DNA of 64,000 nucleotides. Origin: Antedon mediterranea (Eukaryota > Animalia > Echinodermata). The number at the start of each line of letters is the position of its first letter. Position 1 is the first letter of the stretch. The stretch covers positions 29,484,912 to 29,548,911 of the forward strand of contig NC_092675.1 in NCBI RefSeq assembly GCF_964355755.1, written 5' to 3'. Positions 1 through 22,732 of the stretch are shown one piece after another. Below the pieces are notes generated by a model. The model worked only from the letters and a program-made list of their open reading frames with translations, did not search any database and had not been told where the DNA came from. The translations under genes and the position numbers were made by a program.

Positions 1-1411
1 AGTGTTAAACAACCATGATGAATTAAAACTTTTTTAAACTTTGTATAACTATTAATATCTATAAATATTGGTGTTTTTTTTTTATGACTCGACATAAAAG
101 AACATATATAACAATTTAAATCTCGCCTTTTAAATGTTATTCTTGACTGGCAATCATAGAACATAGAGGATATAATCAGATTTTTAGCTAAATGAGTGAT
201 TCATATTAACTGCCCATGGTTTTAATTAACTTACCTGCTGAAGGATCTTACTTTCTGTACATTTATATCATATTATAGTCTTACAAATTTGATTAATCAT
301 TGTATTGCTGTAGTGTACATAATATAGCAACATTTGTGTGTAAATTATTTTGACTTTTTATTAAGCCTTGTCTACACTATCAAACTTTATGTGACAAAAA
401 AATGTGACGTGCCCATATATGGACATGATGATGTCATATCACTACCATATTTAAGCATATCACTACTATATTTGGGCACATCACACTTTTTTTGTCAAAC
501 TAGTTTGATAGTGTAGACAGAGCATTAATTACTGTATTATAATACAGAAATATACAAATTGAGGTGATTTCTATGAGTACAGTAAGTCAACAGCTTACAT
601 ACAGTATTTCAACAGAAATATCACAGTGTAACACTATGTGCTGACATATCAATGTATTTAAACATAAATTATTATTAAACATTTTAACTATTCTAGCTCT
701 TTCTGTCATTAATTATAAAAACAAATACAGTAGATAACAAAAAATAATAGATACATTAATTAAATATTAATCACTAACCATACTGTATGTATGTTTTATT
801 TATACTGTGACAGGCCTTGTCTTTTAAGGCGAGCGAGTGCGATCACTCACCTAACACACTCCTAAACTGTCCTTGAGGAGTGCGATTTACAACACGCTTA
901 AATTTGGTAAACAGGACCCCTGAATGTATTGAGTGCAATTTGTAGCAGGCCTGCTGTGATGCAGTAATACAATGCATTACTTTTTAAACACATTTTTATA
1001 TAATTACTAAACATTTTATTAATCTTGTTGTTTTGTTATTTTTTGGTATTTTTCATCTTAAAAACAATTTTGTAGAATAGATGATCAATTATTATAAATA
1101 CTATGAACCATTTTGAAAGTGAAAATAAAATGTTTATTACTAGGCCTAATCCTATTGTGTTGAATTATTAGTGACATGCTATTTTTGATTATTTTATATA
1201 CTATGGTATACTGTAAGGTTATCAAAATATAACTAATAACTTGTTGACAATGAATTGAAAAAACTGTTTTAAATCTAAGCTTATATCATTAATGGTAGAT
1301 TACTAGAGAATGATGATTGATACTCACTTTGGTGCCAAAATAACGGGTACTACTGGGTGAAATTAGATCAGAACATTGGCTAACCTCCCCCTTTGTCTTT
1401 TTCACACTCAG

Positions 1412-4400
1412 ACAGAATATGTTATGTGATGTTATTCTGGTGGCTGAGGGCATTGAAGTGCCGGCGCATCGTGTCATACTTGCAGCGTGCAGTCCTTATT
1501 TCTCAGCGATGTTTAATGGTGAACTGGCTGAAAGTAGAGCTCAAAAGATTACTCTCCAGGAAGTGGACGCAAAAGCATTGTCACTACTTCTTGACTTTGT
1601 TTACACATCAGAGGTACAAGTTACCGAAGAAAATGTCCAGGTACTGTAGGCAGCAAAAGTTATTTTGTAATGTGCCTAGCTTAAAAGTTCTGTAATGCAT
1701 TTGCCCAGGTAGGCAGGTTAAGTTATACATTTTGTGCCTAGCTTAACTGGCGTAGAGTACTGTAAGCCATTTAAACTCAAACATAATTTCTTAGTTAATT
1801 GGATTTCATTTTTCCTTAATCCATTGATAATTTAACAGATTTTTAACATAAAAAATAGTCATTCTCATCTACTATTTAAATTAAAAGTCTTTTGAGAAAT
1901 ATCTGTACACCGTAACTAAAATATATGTTTGTCAAAAGTTAGGTATTATATGTATCACTGAATTAATAATGTATCTCAAAAATAGATAACAATAAAGAAC
2001 TGTACTGTGGGATGCTTAATTTAACTTTCACATTTCATACAGAGGGGAGATACTGCTAATTTATACATAAACAATTTTAGGGCGCATTACAAAAAACAAT
2101 GGCACAGTTAAGCAATATTATGAATTAAATTACAATTTAAAAATATAATGAATATTATTATTTTAATTTATTTTTTCTCCATAATAATAATAGAATAATT
2201 AAATTATCATTAAGATCATTAATCAACATAGAAATCATGAATATTCATTAGTTAATTTATTTCTTTAGACATTACTTCCTGCCGCCAGCCTGCTTCAATT
2301 GAACGATGTCCGCGATGCTTGCTGCGATTTTCTTCAACGTCAACTGCATCCAACAAATTGTCTCGGAATTCGCGCATTCGCTGACATCCACTCGTGTAGT
2401 AATCTCTTTGCATATGCTCAGAGCTATACTTTACAGCATTTTAAGTGAGTGTTAAATATTTCATTTGAATTAAGCAAAGTTTTTGCCATGCTTTTGGTGA
2501 ATTTGTCATGGAATTCATTCTGATTTTGGTTTCAAAATCTTTATGCACCATTCAAAACTTTGTTCAAGACACTAAAACAAGTTACATAATTTTTCATTTA
2601 CTGTACGAGTTGCAGCCGATTCTCAGTACTGTATTTATTTCCGAAGTAGCATAGGAATATTTATTCTTTCACATGTATCTAGTAGTATCCTAACCTTACA
2701 TAATACAGGCACCACATGTGATATAATGAGATGCTGTATTACCAAATATTCCTATGATACTTTGGAAATAGATAATATCTGGAGATACAGCACTGAGAAT
2801 CATGTGATGAGTTGGCATTAAATTGTCTTTCTTAAATAGATAATAGGTAATAAATCATTTGATTTCCAGTTATGTATGTCATTAACCCAGTTTAAATTAC
2901 CTGCTTACGCATTTAGATGATACGACGAGAAAGTACAAGTCTGTCCGCGTTATCTCGTCCGCATTCTATACAGCAGACGTAAGAATTAAGAAAGTGATAG
3001 ATAGGAAGCGACGGAATTATAAATATGAGCTGAAGGAAATAAATAAATATATATTATAAGATAAGAGATGCAATTAAAATAATTTTATGTTATGTACTCT
3101 TTTAGTGATGTAGTGGCCACAGATGAATTTGCTAATTTATCAGCTGAACAGGTGTCCGACTTAATCAAGCGTGACCATTTGACTGTTACATCTGAAGAAG
3201 AGGTAGTTTTCTTTGTTTCAGTTAAACGTTTATTAAATTCAATAAATTTCTTTTATTTCAAAAAATTTCATCCGTAAAAAAAATATACAAATTCGCAAAC
3301 TCTAAGCTTAAATATATAGAATACAAGAGTATCACTACTATTTAACTATGTGTTGTATAAAACTATAAATAGATTTTTGCAGGTACTCATTACAAGAAGG
3401 GACTTGCCCTTATTTTAGTATGAAATCAATCAAATATATATTATTCAATATATATATATTCAAATTATAGTGTAAAACAGTTTGTAAAATCTTTGTGCAT
3501 AGATTAAATAAAATTGCTTTGGTGTTTTATATTACAGGTATTTGAAAGTGCCGTGGCATGGGTAAAACATGATCCAGCAAACCGACAAGACTACATGCCA
3601 CAACTTATAGAGAATGTCCGATTACCTTTGTTATCTCGTGAGTTCCTTGTTCAGCGAGTTGAGATGGAACCGTTAATCAAAACTAGCAGTATGTGTAAAG
3701 ACTTCTTGATTGAGGCTATGAAGTACCATCTATTAGCAAAAGAGCAAAGAACATTAATGAAAAATCCTCGTACAAGACCTAGGACTCCTATTGGTTTACC
3801 AAAGGTACTGCAGGTTGTTTATCACTACCATATTTGGGCATATCACTACCATATTTGGGCATATCACTACCATATTTGGGCATATCACTATCATATTTGG
3901 GCATATTACTACCATATTTGGGCACATCACACTTTTTTTGTCAAACTAGTTTGATGTAATTTCTCAGTGTGTTTTTTACATATTAAATGATACGCTATGG
4001 TCATCATTTCTAGTTAATGTTTGTTGTTGGCGGTCAAGCTCCTAAGGCCATTAGGAATGTGGAAGTGTATGACTTCAAGGATAAGAGATGGTCAGCAGCA
4101 GCCGAGATGCCCAACAGGCGCTGTAGGGCAGGTAAACTATTCATAAGAGAAAATACTATTTTAGTATGACTTTTGTTTTCTTTTCATTGTGATTTTTTTG
4201 GATAATGGGTTGTTTTTTTTTCAATCAATAAAGCCCCAATAAGCAATATTGGTCTCATCCTCATTGAATTGACCAGTCTGTCAATAAATTAAAATATTCT
4301 CCCCATTCCACAAATAAAAAACATTATTATTTATTAAAAAACATCTACTTTTAAATAATTTATCCACTGCTTCCACCTTGAATTGAATGTTAGGCCCCTT

Positions 4401-7400
4401 CCAGAAGTCTTGGCCCATATAAAAAATTCTACGCTAAGAATTTTTAACATTCACAAAATTCTTGTATGTAACCGACAAATCATGAGGATGAATTCAAATA
4501 ATAATAATATCATGGATTTATATAGCGCCTAATGTTGTGAAACCTCTAAGCGCTGAACATTGTTACTCCAGTATTTTTTTTGGTTCAAAGCATGTCATGT
4601 GATATATAATGTTATAAAATTGTCAATATTGTAATGATGATGTTTTCTTTACATTCAATCTCATCATTCTTTAGTAATGTGTCATTTCAACTAATATCAA
4701 GACAATTTGTGAATGTATTTGTAGGAGTAGCCGTAGTAGCCTCTCATGTATATGCTGTTGGTGGTTTTAATGGTTCATTGCGTGTAAGGACTGTCGACTG
4801 TTACGATGCTATAAATGACGTATGGACATCTGTGGCGTCTATGGAGGCGCGTCGTAGCACTCTAGGGGTAGCGGTTCTTAATGGTTTAATTTACGCTGTT
4901 GGCGGATTCGATGGAACCACAGGTATTGTATAGTTTTCACATTTGTATGTACGTTATTATGATTAAACTCTAGAGCTCTGTCTAAACTATCAAACTTGTT
5001 TCACAAAAAAAGTGCGATATGTCCAAATATGGTAGTGATATTCCCAAATGTGGTAGTGATATGACACCATCATGTCCATATATAGATATTATATTGGGAA
5101 GCTTGCAGTTTGCAATGGGTTAGAAATTAGATACATCATGTAAATCCAGTGATAAATAATAATAATAATAAACAGTATTTATTTAGCGCCTAATGGATCA
5201 CTGACCCCTCTAGGTGCTTTACATAGGACCTTAACTAATGGTAATAAACTATCCCCCGCCGGACACCATCCCGGTATTTCTGAGTCAAGGTTTTATGTGA
5301 TCACATGATTCCTCCTCTACAGAGTTTTACCGGATACTAGATCCAACTAACAACTAGTGCCACAAGTTTGCAATGGGTTAGAAATTAAATACAACATGTA
5401 AATCCAGTGATCACATGATTCCTCCTCTACACAGTTTTACCGGATACTAAATCCAACTAACAACTAGTTGCACAATATATAGTTTTAATTGAATTATTTC
5501 AGGGTTGAGTAGTGTAGAAGTTTATGATCCAAAGGTCAACGAATGGAAAGCAGTCGCTTCTATGACAACACGGCGAAGTAGCGTGGGCGTAGCAGTACTA
5601 AACGGTAAGATATTGCGGCATCATATTATCTCCTTTATCTCTTTTCATTTGTGCTTGTAAAAATGATACCCAATATGATAATGATGGAAGCAGGCCTCTC
5701 CTAAGCTATTATGATACAATGCGACATGGTTTTTAAATGTAGTTAATTAATTAGAGTCTTTATTTACTGTTAATCTTAACGACTACCCTCCCACTGTATT
5801 TACTGTTACACTTAACGTCTACCCTCCCCCTGTATTTACTCTTACACTTAACTGCTACCCTCCCTCTGTTTTTACTGTTACACTTAGTATCTACCTTTCC
5901 CCTGATGTTTTATCTGTCTTGTTTTGTTGTCGGGTTTTTTATATGCTGTGAGTGGCTATGATGTTTATCTGTCCATTTTTGTGTTCTCAGGTTTTTTATA
6001 TGCTGTGGGTGGCTATGATGTTTTATCTGTCTGTTTTTGTGTTCTCAGGTTTTTTATATGCTGTGAGTGGCTATGATGTTTTATCTGTCTGTTTTTTTGT
6101 TGTCAGGTTTTTTATATGCTGTGGGTGGCTATGATGGTGCTTCTCGACATTGTTTAAGTTCTGTTGAATGTTATGACCCAACTAAAGATGAATGGACGGC
6201 GGTCAGTGACATGACGACGAGGCGCAGTGGTGCAGGTATTACTATTTATTTGATTTCATATAGTCAAGTAAATTTATTGTCATTTGTAAACATTTAAAAA
6301 ACATTTACATTGAAACTTTAACTACGTCATCATAAAACATATGGAAATTATTGTAATAATTATGTCAACTGTTTGACAGTGTTTACAATATAAATAGAAT
6401 ACTCCCTGATTTACTTCAACTGTACAACACAGTTGTATTATATAATTGTAGTTAGATGCTTGGCTACCGATCACATGATCATGTTTACCACTCACATTTA
6501 ATGGCAAATTTAGAAATTCTAATTAACTAAATGATAATGAAATACTGGGTATTTAAAGGGAAATATCAACACAGTCATGACAAAATTATAACTCATAGAC
6601 TTTTATGTCTTGTTTGTTTGAGAAATGAAACTAATTCTATGCGTAAATAGAGAATATGATATGAATTGTTTTTTCTTTTATTGTATGATATACTAGTACA
6701 GTCAACTCTCCCAATACCGACTCTCTAAAGACCAGAAACTCTCTCAAACAGTTCCAAATTCACTTTTACCATTAAAAACACATTCCGAATACCACACTTT
6801 CTGGAAATATTAGGCCAGCCCAAAGTTGTCCGGTATTGGATAAGTTGATATCATATATGATAATTTATATTTAATATATTGTACTTTACATAACTTCCAG
6901 GGGTTGGAGTAGTTGACGGCTTACTGTATGCCGTCGGAGGTCATGATGGACCATTAGTACGCAAGAGTGTTGAACTTTATAATCCAGAAACTAACGAATG
7001 GACCAAAGGATCTGACATGACGCTATGTAGACGCAATGCAGGTAAAATCATTATAAATAACAAGTTTTCTGCTTACATAGTGAGTCAAATGGCCGAACGG
7101 TTAATCAGGGGCGCCACTTACCGTACCTAAAGAGCCAACAATATCAGCATGGTTTCGAGGCTGACTCGCTCCTAGTTCTGGTGGTGGAACAAATCTTCTC
7201 GGATAAGGACTATAACGGTAGGTCTAGTGTACACAGTTATAACCTGTGTGCACTTCAAGAACCCAGTTCATTATTCCAGAGGAGTAAGGGGTTACCCCAG
7301 TGGTTCACAAAATAGCCCCTGTATCAGGGAGATTACAACCTATCTGATAGGACAGTGATTAATTTACCATTGGTAATCCTTGGCCACATTTCCTAAAGAC

Positions 7401-7651
7401 ATAAAATAAAATAAAAATTACTTATCTTGCAACCTTTAATTGTTGTTTATTATTTTTAATTTGTTTATTTTTCAGGGGTAGCATCAGTAAATGGGTTACT
7501 TTACGTTGTGGGAGGTGATGATGGCTCATCGAACCTTGCATCAGTTGAATGTTACAATCCTAGGGTAGATCAATGGGTGCTTCTTGAATCGTGCATGTCA
7601 ACGGGACGCAGCTATGCAGGAGTTGCTATCATAGACAAATCGCAGAGGTGA
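1412..7651 (+). CDS. KLHL2: Kelch-like protein of the KLHL2/KLHL3 (Drosophila kelch) group, BTB-BACK-Kelch CUL3 substrate adaptor; 5' exons lie outside the window
   Basis: Ten GT-AG exons with consistent phase: 1412-1640, 2269-2444, 3106-3202, 3538-3804, 4014-4131, 4725-4922, 5503-5604, 6107-6235, 6901-7041, 7476-7651 (TGA). Translation gives BTB ([27 protein letters not shown]), BACK ([14 protein letters not shown]; [12 protein letters not shown]) and kelch repeats ([69 protein letters not shown]). Probably co-orthologous to KLHL2 and KLHL3. Confidence 0.93.
5760..5903. repeat. About 35-bp x4 intronic minisatellite
   Basis: tatttactgttacacttaac..ctaccctccc.ctg units. Confidence 0.8.
5904..6135 (+). 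repeat. About 58-bp x4 tandem repeat of a kelch intron/exon junction
   Basis: gatgttttatctgtc...cag|gttttttatatgctgtg(g/a)gtggctat repeated; AG acceptors end at 5990, 6048, 6106. Confidence 0.9.
7080..7420 (+). mobile_element. Degenerate tRNA-derived SINE in the last kelch intron
   Basis: tggccgaacggtt A-box, ggtttcgagg B-box-like, body ggataaggactataacggtaggtc shared with 12900-13020, A-rich tail. Confidence 0.6.
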
Positions 7652-8666
7652 CGTCAGGATGAGGGCGCTGTTTCTGGATCTACGGAAGAAGCGCTCCAAC
7701 GACTTAATGTGAACTTTTCTATACGAAATGGAAATTCAAAATAGGAGGCTGGATTTTGTTACTTAAACTGCAATCAATTTGGAACATTTTCATATATCAA
7801 TTGAGAGTAGTCAATCCTGAATGTAACTGTATCAACCTGGAAATATTACTGCCGGATTTATAATTACCTTACTGTACCTACATCTTAAAAGATAAGTTAA
7901 ACTTATAATGAGTAAGGAAATATTTGGATTTGTTAAAAAATATATTCAAATTTTCTAGTATTGTTACAAATCAAGTCATTTAAAAAAAATGTAAATTATT
8001 GGTGAATACAAGAAGTTTTTGTATAAGATTTAAAATGTTTATTATATTGACATTATTATAACCAGAAATATGAAACATGGAATTTGTAAAGAGCTGATTA
8101 TAGAAATCCAATTCTTATTTTATATCACAATCTTGGCAACTCTCTCACCTTTAAGGCATTTTAAACTTTTAAACTAAATTAATGGAACCTTGATTGCTGG
8201 TAAAGATGCGTTAAAAAATAATTTTATTTTAAGTATTTATCTCTACTGAAAATGTTATTTTATAATAATTATATAATCTTTAAAATACCTTATACTGTTA
8301 ATATGCGAACATGATTTTAATAATGTAATTTTAGTCATTTTTACAATACTATGGTGTTAAGATACGTATAGTGTAATGTTAATGAAACAGAGGTTTAGCA
8401 CTATTAGCATGTACTGTAGTAATAATTGAAACTGAAAACTATGATTCTATAATATATCGTGCACTTTGACCTTGAAATTGTGTGATTGGTTAAATGTGCA
8501 ATTCTAAGTATAGTGCAATTGTTGAGAGGTAGTGTGTTGTAGAATGAGGATGGTGTGAAGGGGGAGGGGGTTTAAAAGGATGCTTTTCATTGCATTTTAA
8601 AATAGTTTAAGCAACTTTATCTCTTAAGAATTTTCAAATAATATGCTCAGTATAGAACACTGTATC

Positions 8667-8822
8667 GAACATTTTAAATGGAAGGCGGCGGTGTTAGGTT
8701 CTGAACATTTTAAATGAAAGGCGGCGGTGTTGGGTTGTGAACATTTTAAATTGGAGCCGGTGGTGTTAGGTTGTGAACATTTTAAATGGAAGGCGGCAAC
8801 AGCAGATGGCGAACATTTTAAC
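8667..8822. repeat. About 36-bp minisatellite downstream of the kelch stop
   Basis: gaacattttaaatggaaggcggcggtgttaggtt units, 4-5 copies. Confidence 0.8.
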
Positions 8823-10243
8823 ATTTGAAATTCATATTCTCTTTCACTCCCAGAATGCATTTTGTGTCTTGTTGATGTGTATTTGTATATTTTGTGTATA
8901 AATGTTATGAGCTATAGTAGCAGTTGATTATGTTTACCAATCTATTACCTCTCCCTTCAATTCTTTTATTTACATAAGGTTTAATGATTTTACAATATTG
9001 TATGTAATCTCATATTTAATGTCATTTATTACTGCCAAATATGTTCTTTACATAACAGAATATAACCATTATAAGAACGATTTTATTAACATAGTTGGCA
9101 AATTATCAGGACCTCAGTTAATTATGAAAAATGATATTCTATACAACACTTTCTAGAACTAGATAATAAATGCTATGAAATTGTTATGATTGCATATAGT
9201 AATTTTAAAAAAATCCTTTTCCTTCGATAATAATATTGTGCTAAAAAATACATTAAATCAAGTTATTATGACTGCTGTATTTCTACTGGTTGTAAATGAT
9301 TATTGTGATATTTTAATGTTGCTGTATTACTACTATTATTTATTTTTTGTCATCTTAAGAGGGTTATTCCAATATGGATGCGTCGCAAGTAATTTGACCA
9401 ATCACAACGTGATGCATCATTCAAACTGTTGCTTGTGGTTGGTCAGCTCACTTGCGTTGCATCTACGTCGTTTTGTTGCCAAGTGGGAATCACGCTGAAG
9501 ACTTGCTCTAACAAACCAAATAGTATATTTGAATATTCTTTGTAATCTTAATTATTTAATCTTTGTAAAAGCGTTGAAATCTTTATTGTTACTCTTTGAA
9601 TTTTAGTTGTACATGTCATATATTTGTTAATATTTCAGTTAAAATATAATATTTTTGATAAAATATAAGTTTGAAACTTAAAGTGTAAGATAATAAATGG
9701 TCCATGTATGAATTCATTTTATATCCATAATGTGGCTTGTTTTATTTCAAAATACAATATGTCTTTCTAGATCTTGCTATTCTTCCTGTTACTTACTGTT
9801 TTAATAATCCAATCACATTATTGTTGCGTATAATCGCTTATATGTTGTTTGCGCATAGTCACATAATATCGTCTGGAAATGTCTGTCATCACAGTAAGGT
9901 ACGCGAATTAAATTATTAAATGACATTTCTCCATCCAACCACATATTTGTGGTACAAAGGATATTTGAGCAACAGGAAATTTTGTACACAGGACATTCAG
10001 CTTAATTGACAGCCTATAACTGACATATTTTGATTTCTTCCAGGAACATTATATCAAGTTTTAACAAAATAAAAAACTCAGATAATTCACCCATTTTCAA
10101 CAAAATATATATATAGCTTTGATATTTTTAACACAATCTGAAAGGACTTTTCATAATTCATTTATGCACTAATATTGGTGTACGTGCTCATGTATAGTGT
10201 TCGTATCAAATATGTATTTTTCTAGTTTATTATCACTATTTAT

Positions 10244-10490
10244 TACCACGTTGAAACACCGGTTCTGTCAGATCACCAAAGTTAAGCAATTTTAGGCCCG
10301 GTTAGAGCTTGGATGGGAAACCATCTGGTAATACCAGGTGCTGTATATAGAGTTGGGGTCCATTTGAAATCAGCACTGCTGACTCTTATGGCAGTACCTG
10401 CATCTAGTATCTGCCTCAGACGTATTGGCTTATGCCTCTCCTCTGGTCAAGGTGGGCACTGGACAAGAGAAGAGATATAATAATAATTAT
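10244..10490 (+). mobile_element. 5S rRNA-derived SINE (SINE3-like) or 5S pseudogene with tail
   Basis: 10244-10345 follows 5S rRNA (taccacgttgaaacaccggttc...aagttaagc...ttggatggg...gtgctgta) but lacks the 5' end and has substitutions; followed by a non-5S body and (taa)n tail. Confidence 0.75.
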
Positions 10491-12229
10491 AATGAATGTT
10501 TTGTTTTCCTTAAATGAAGAATATTCATCTTCATCAGTACTTCTATGAATGGATGATTATGGGGACACAAACGCCAGTTGATCATACCTAGTACCGTTTT
10601 GATCGTACAATTAATCGGGAAAACATCTCTCGATAATATTATTTTCATTCTTTTTTTCTCCAGTTGAATAGAACAATGTATTTTTCACTATTAAAAGAAG
10701 AAAGTTGTATACAAACTTAAGCTCTGTCTACGCCATCAAACTAGTTTGCCTGTGGCAGTGATATGCTTAAATATGTTAATGATATGACATAATCATGTCC
10801 ATATATGGGCATATGACATGTTTTGTCACATAAAGTTTGATAGTGTAGACAGAGCTTTAGAAACATTGAAATGTGCCCATTAAAACAAATAGCAACAGAA
10901 AATAAGAATCTATATTTTACACACTTGTTTTAATTTATTTTCAGACTGCAGATGATACACTTGGGTTGAGTATGTAGAAAGAACCAATTTATACACCATA
11001 TTTTAAAAGTAATACAACATGAGAAAGCAACTTTGACAGTATTTCAGTGAATATTTCATTTCTGTGAATAAACCATTTACTATTGTACTCCCAACAAGTG
11101 GTGTATTTAAATAATGTTTTTCACTTTTTACAATTATTTTTTAAACTATCATGAAGGAAAGAAATAAATTTCTTTTCCTCCATGAATAGTTTTATTTACT
11201 CAAGATAGTTTGCAATTATTCAAATTCTCAATTTAAAAAAAAATGTTTTGTTTACTTAAATCAACAATTACGGTACAAGACAAATAAGCACGAAAGAAGA
11301 GTTGTTTTTGTTTCTGGTTGGAGAGAGGGTGGCCATTTTGAAAAAGACAATTCTCATCCTTCTAACCATTTTGTTTTTATGGGTAAATAAACGTAAATTT
11401 AATTTTTTTACAACCAAACAATTGCAATACTATACTTTCATATAAAAAATGGATTTTAAACATGTACACTAAAGAAAGAAATTTATTCAATTGATGAGTT
11501 TTGTACGATAACTAATATTTGGAAGGGCATCAACTGTGTTTATTTTAATTTAATGTTTTGCTAAAGCATACACGCCACTAAATGCAGATATTTAAGCTAA
11601 TTACACTGTGATAAATGTTTATCAGGTTATCATCACAGGCAGAGTATTTCATCACCAATTTGGATATTTGTCAATTCATAACAATTGTAATAACAAGAAC
11701 ATCATCTGACAACAACAATAATAATATACATTTTAAATTACAGAAAATCACTCTATAAGGTTAAATCCACTAATACTTGCACCGGATTTTCTCCTTTGTC
11801 TTCAAACATTTCTCTTTTGTTTGTTTATCAACTACAAATGAAAAATTTATTAAGCAAAATTTGAACCTAGAGTTGATACCATGGCAATGGTCAAAGGTTA
11901 AACAGATTCATGGATGCACTTTAAAGTGGAAATGGAGCAATAAAGGAATAATATATTGATGTTTGTTATTAACAGAATGTCTTCCAAGAATTTACAATTC
12001 ACATAACCAAACAATACAGGGCTACAAAATATAAAACATTTGTCTCATGAATTTAAATCATTCAATTGGGTCAAATGTCAAATATTATTTTGTTTCCGTG
12101 ACGTATTGGTCAAAGTACTATTTCACTCAGTTGAAATACAGTACGTAGATGGCTATCAAAATGTTTAGAAATTGAAACATATTCGAAAAGATGGCGTAGT
12201 AATATGTGAGTAAAGCGGCTTAGAGATCC

Positions 12230-21396
<9,167 letters not shown>

Positions 21397-22732
21397 TATT
21401 TCTATATATGTTAAATTAAAACTGAACAACTAGAAATCTTATTCACAATGGCCTTCTTTCTAACTTCTTTTCTTTTTACACACTGTATTTTTCTACGTAA
21501 TTACCCGAACTTCCGAATGGGCGATGACAATTTCCGAACGATGGCGGACGATTGGTCACGTGTCATATTATACTAGTATTCTAGAATTCTCTCCTTCGTT
21601 TTCTATCATTATTTATAACCAGAAAAATGTTGAACTTGTATAAATATATATTAATATAAATGTTATTTACATAAGTGAAAGGATTACATAGTGTAATATC
21701 TGAAACAACAAACATTACATAATTTATTTAACATCGACATTTTACGGCGATAGGCTGAAGTTTTCTGTTGGAGCCCTCTATAAAAAAGTGGACCATCATC
21801 GCGGTCATTGACTCCCCGCTACTTTGCAAATCATCATATTATTATTTTTCAATTCAATAATTAACTACACGGCGTTTATATAACTTTTCCTACCAAAAAC
21901 CTCCATTAGTTCTTTTTGTAATAAGTGTTTAGGTTTCAGTCTCCTGAACTTTTATTAATTTATTGGAGGAATGTAATTAATACATTAGCCCCCATGTCAT
22001 GATTTTAATGTTATGCGGGTGTGGAGGACAAAACATTAAGTTTTTACCCAAATTGAATTAATAAAACAATAGAAAGTAAACAAAATACCAATGATGTTTA
22101 AAAGCTGTAATCAATTTATAATTTAAAAACACAATATATTTCATTTCATTCTTATGATCTATTGACCAACAAATAATAAAATAAAAGAGATTAATTTGTC
22201 CATGATGCTAATAAAAGAGTAGTGCAGTCAGCAGTGTAACTATACTAAAATAAATTTATAATAAATATATATTTAAAGTATTTAAATAATAGAAGTAGCT
22301 TAAATATATATTTATTTATTATATTGAAGGGTGAAAGTATGTCTGGAATTTTAAATTGAATTTCAATTATACGCATCATGATGATGCGTCCGTGTGGCCT
22401 ACTGTACAAATAAAATGATATATTATTATTGAATATATTGCATTGAAGTATTGCAACATTTCGTAATCAAATATTTAGTATTTGAGTAATATATACAGCA
22501 TTATAAATCGTACGATGAAAACTATTATTACGATATGTTGAACTGATCAATAGAAAATTATCATTTTATTATATAAACTTAGTTGCCGGGGTAGGCCTAT
22601 TGCCAAAAACTTTGATTTCCACCAAACCTCAACTGAAAAAAAACACGAGCGCCACCTATTGCCTGGTGGTGTCTCTAGTTCATTTTCTTCATCCTGAGAA
22701 CCAGAGTAGTCCCTAATTTTAATTTAATTGAC
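21397..22732. promoter_or_regulatory. Divergent intergenic/promoter region between UBE2D-A and CISD
   Basis: Start codons face away 1.34 kb apart. Cluster gatggcgg (YY1-like), attgg (CCAAT), gtcacgtg (E-box) at 21540-21562; gcgccacctattgc (CTCF-like) at 22649-22662. Motif function is unverified. Confidence 0.5.

Noticed and set aside
3805-3954. YHYHIWA repeat at the end of ORF 3514-3954
   Set aside because: Lies past the exon donor at 3805; it is the 21-bp internal repeat of MITE family 1.
7649-7696. Selenocysteine UGA with SECIS
   Set aside because: The hairpin lacks the AUGA/GA quartet and apical AA of a eukaryotic SECIS and is very close to the UGA; no SECIS recognised by eye.
10244-10345. 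Functional 5S rRNA gene
   Set aside because: 5' end missing, internal substitutions and indels, no oligo-T terminator, single copy.
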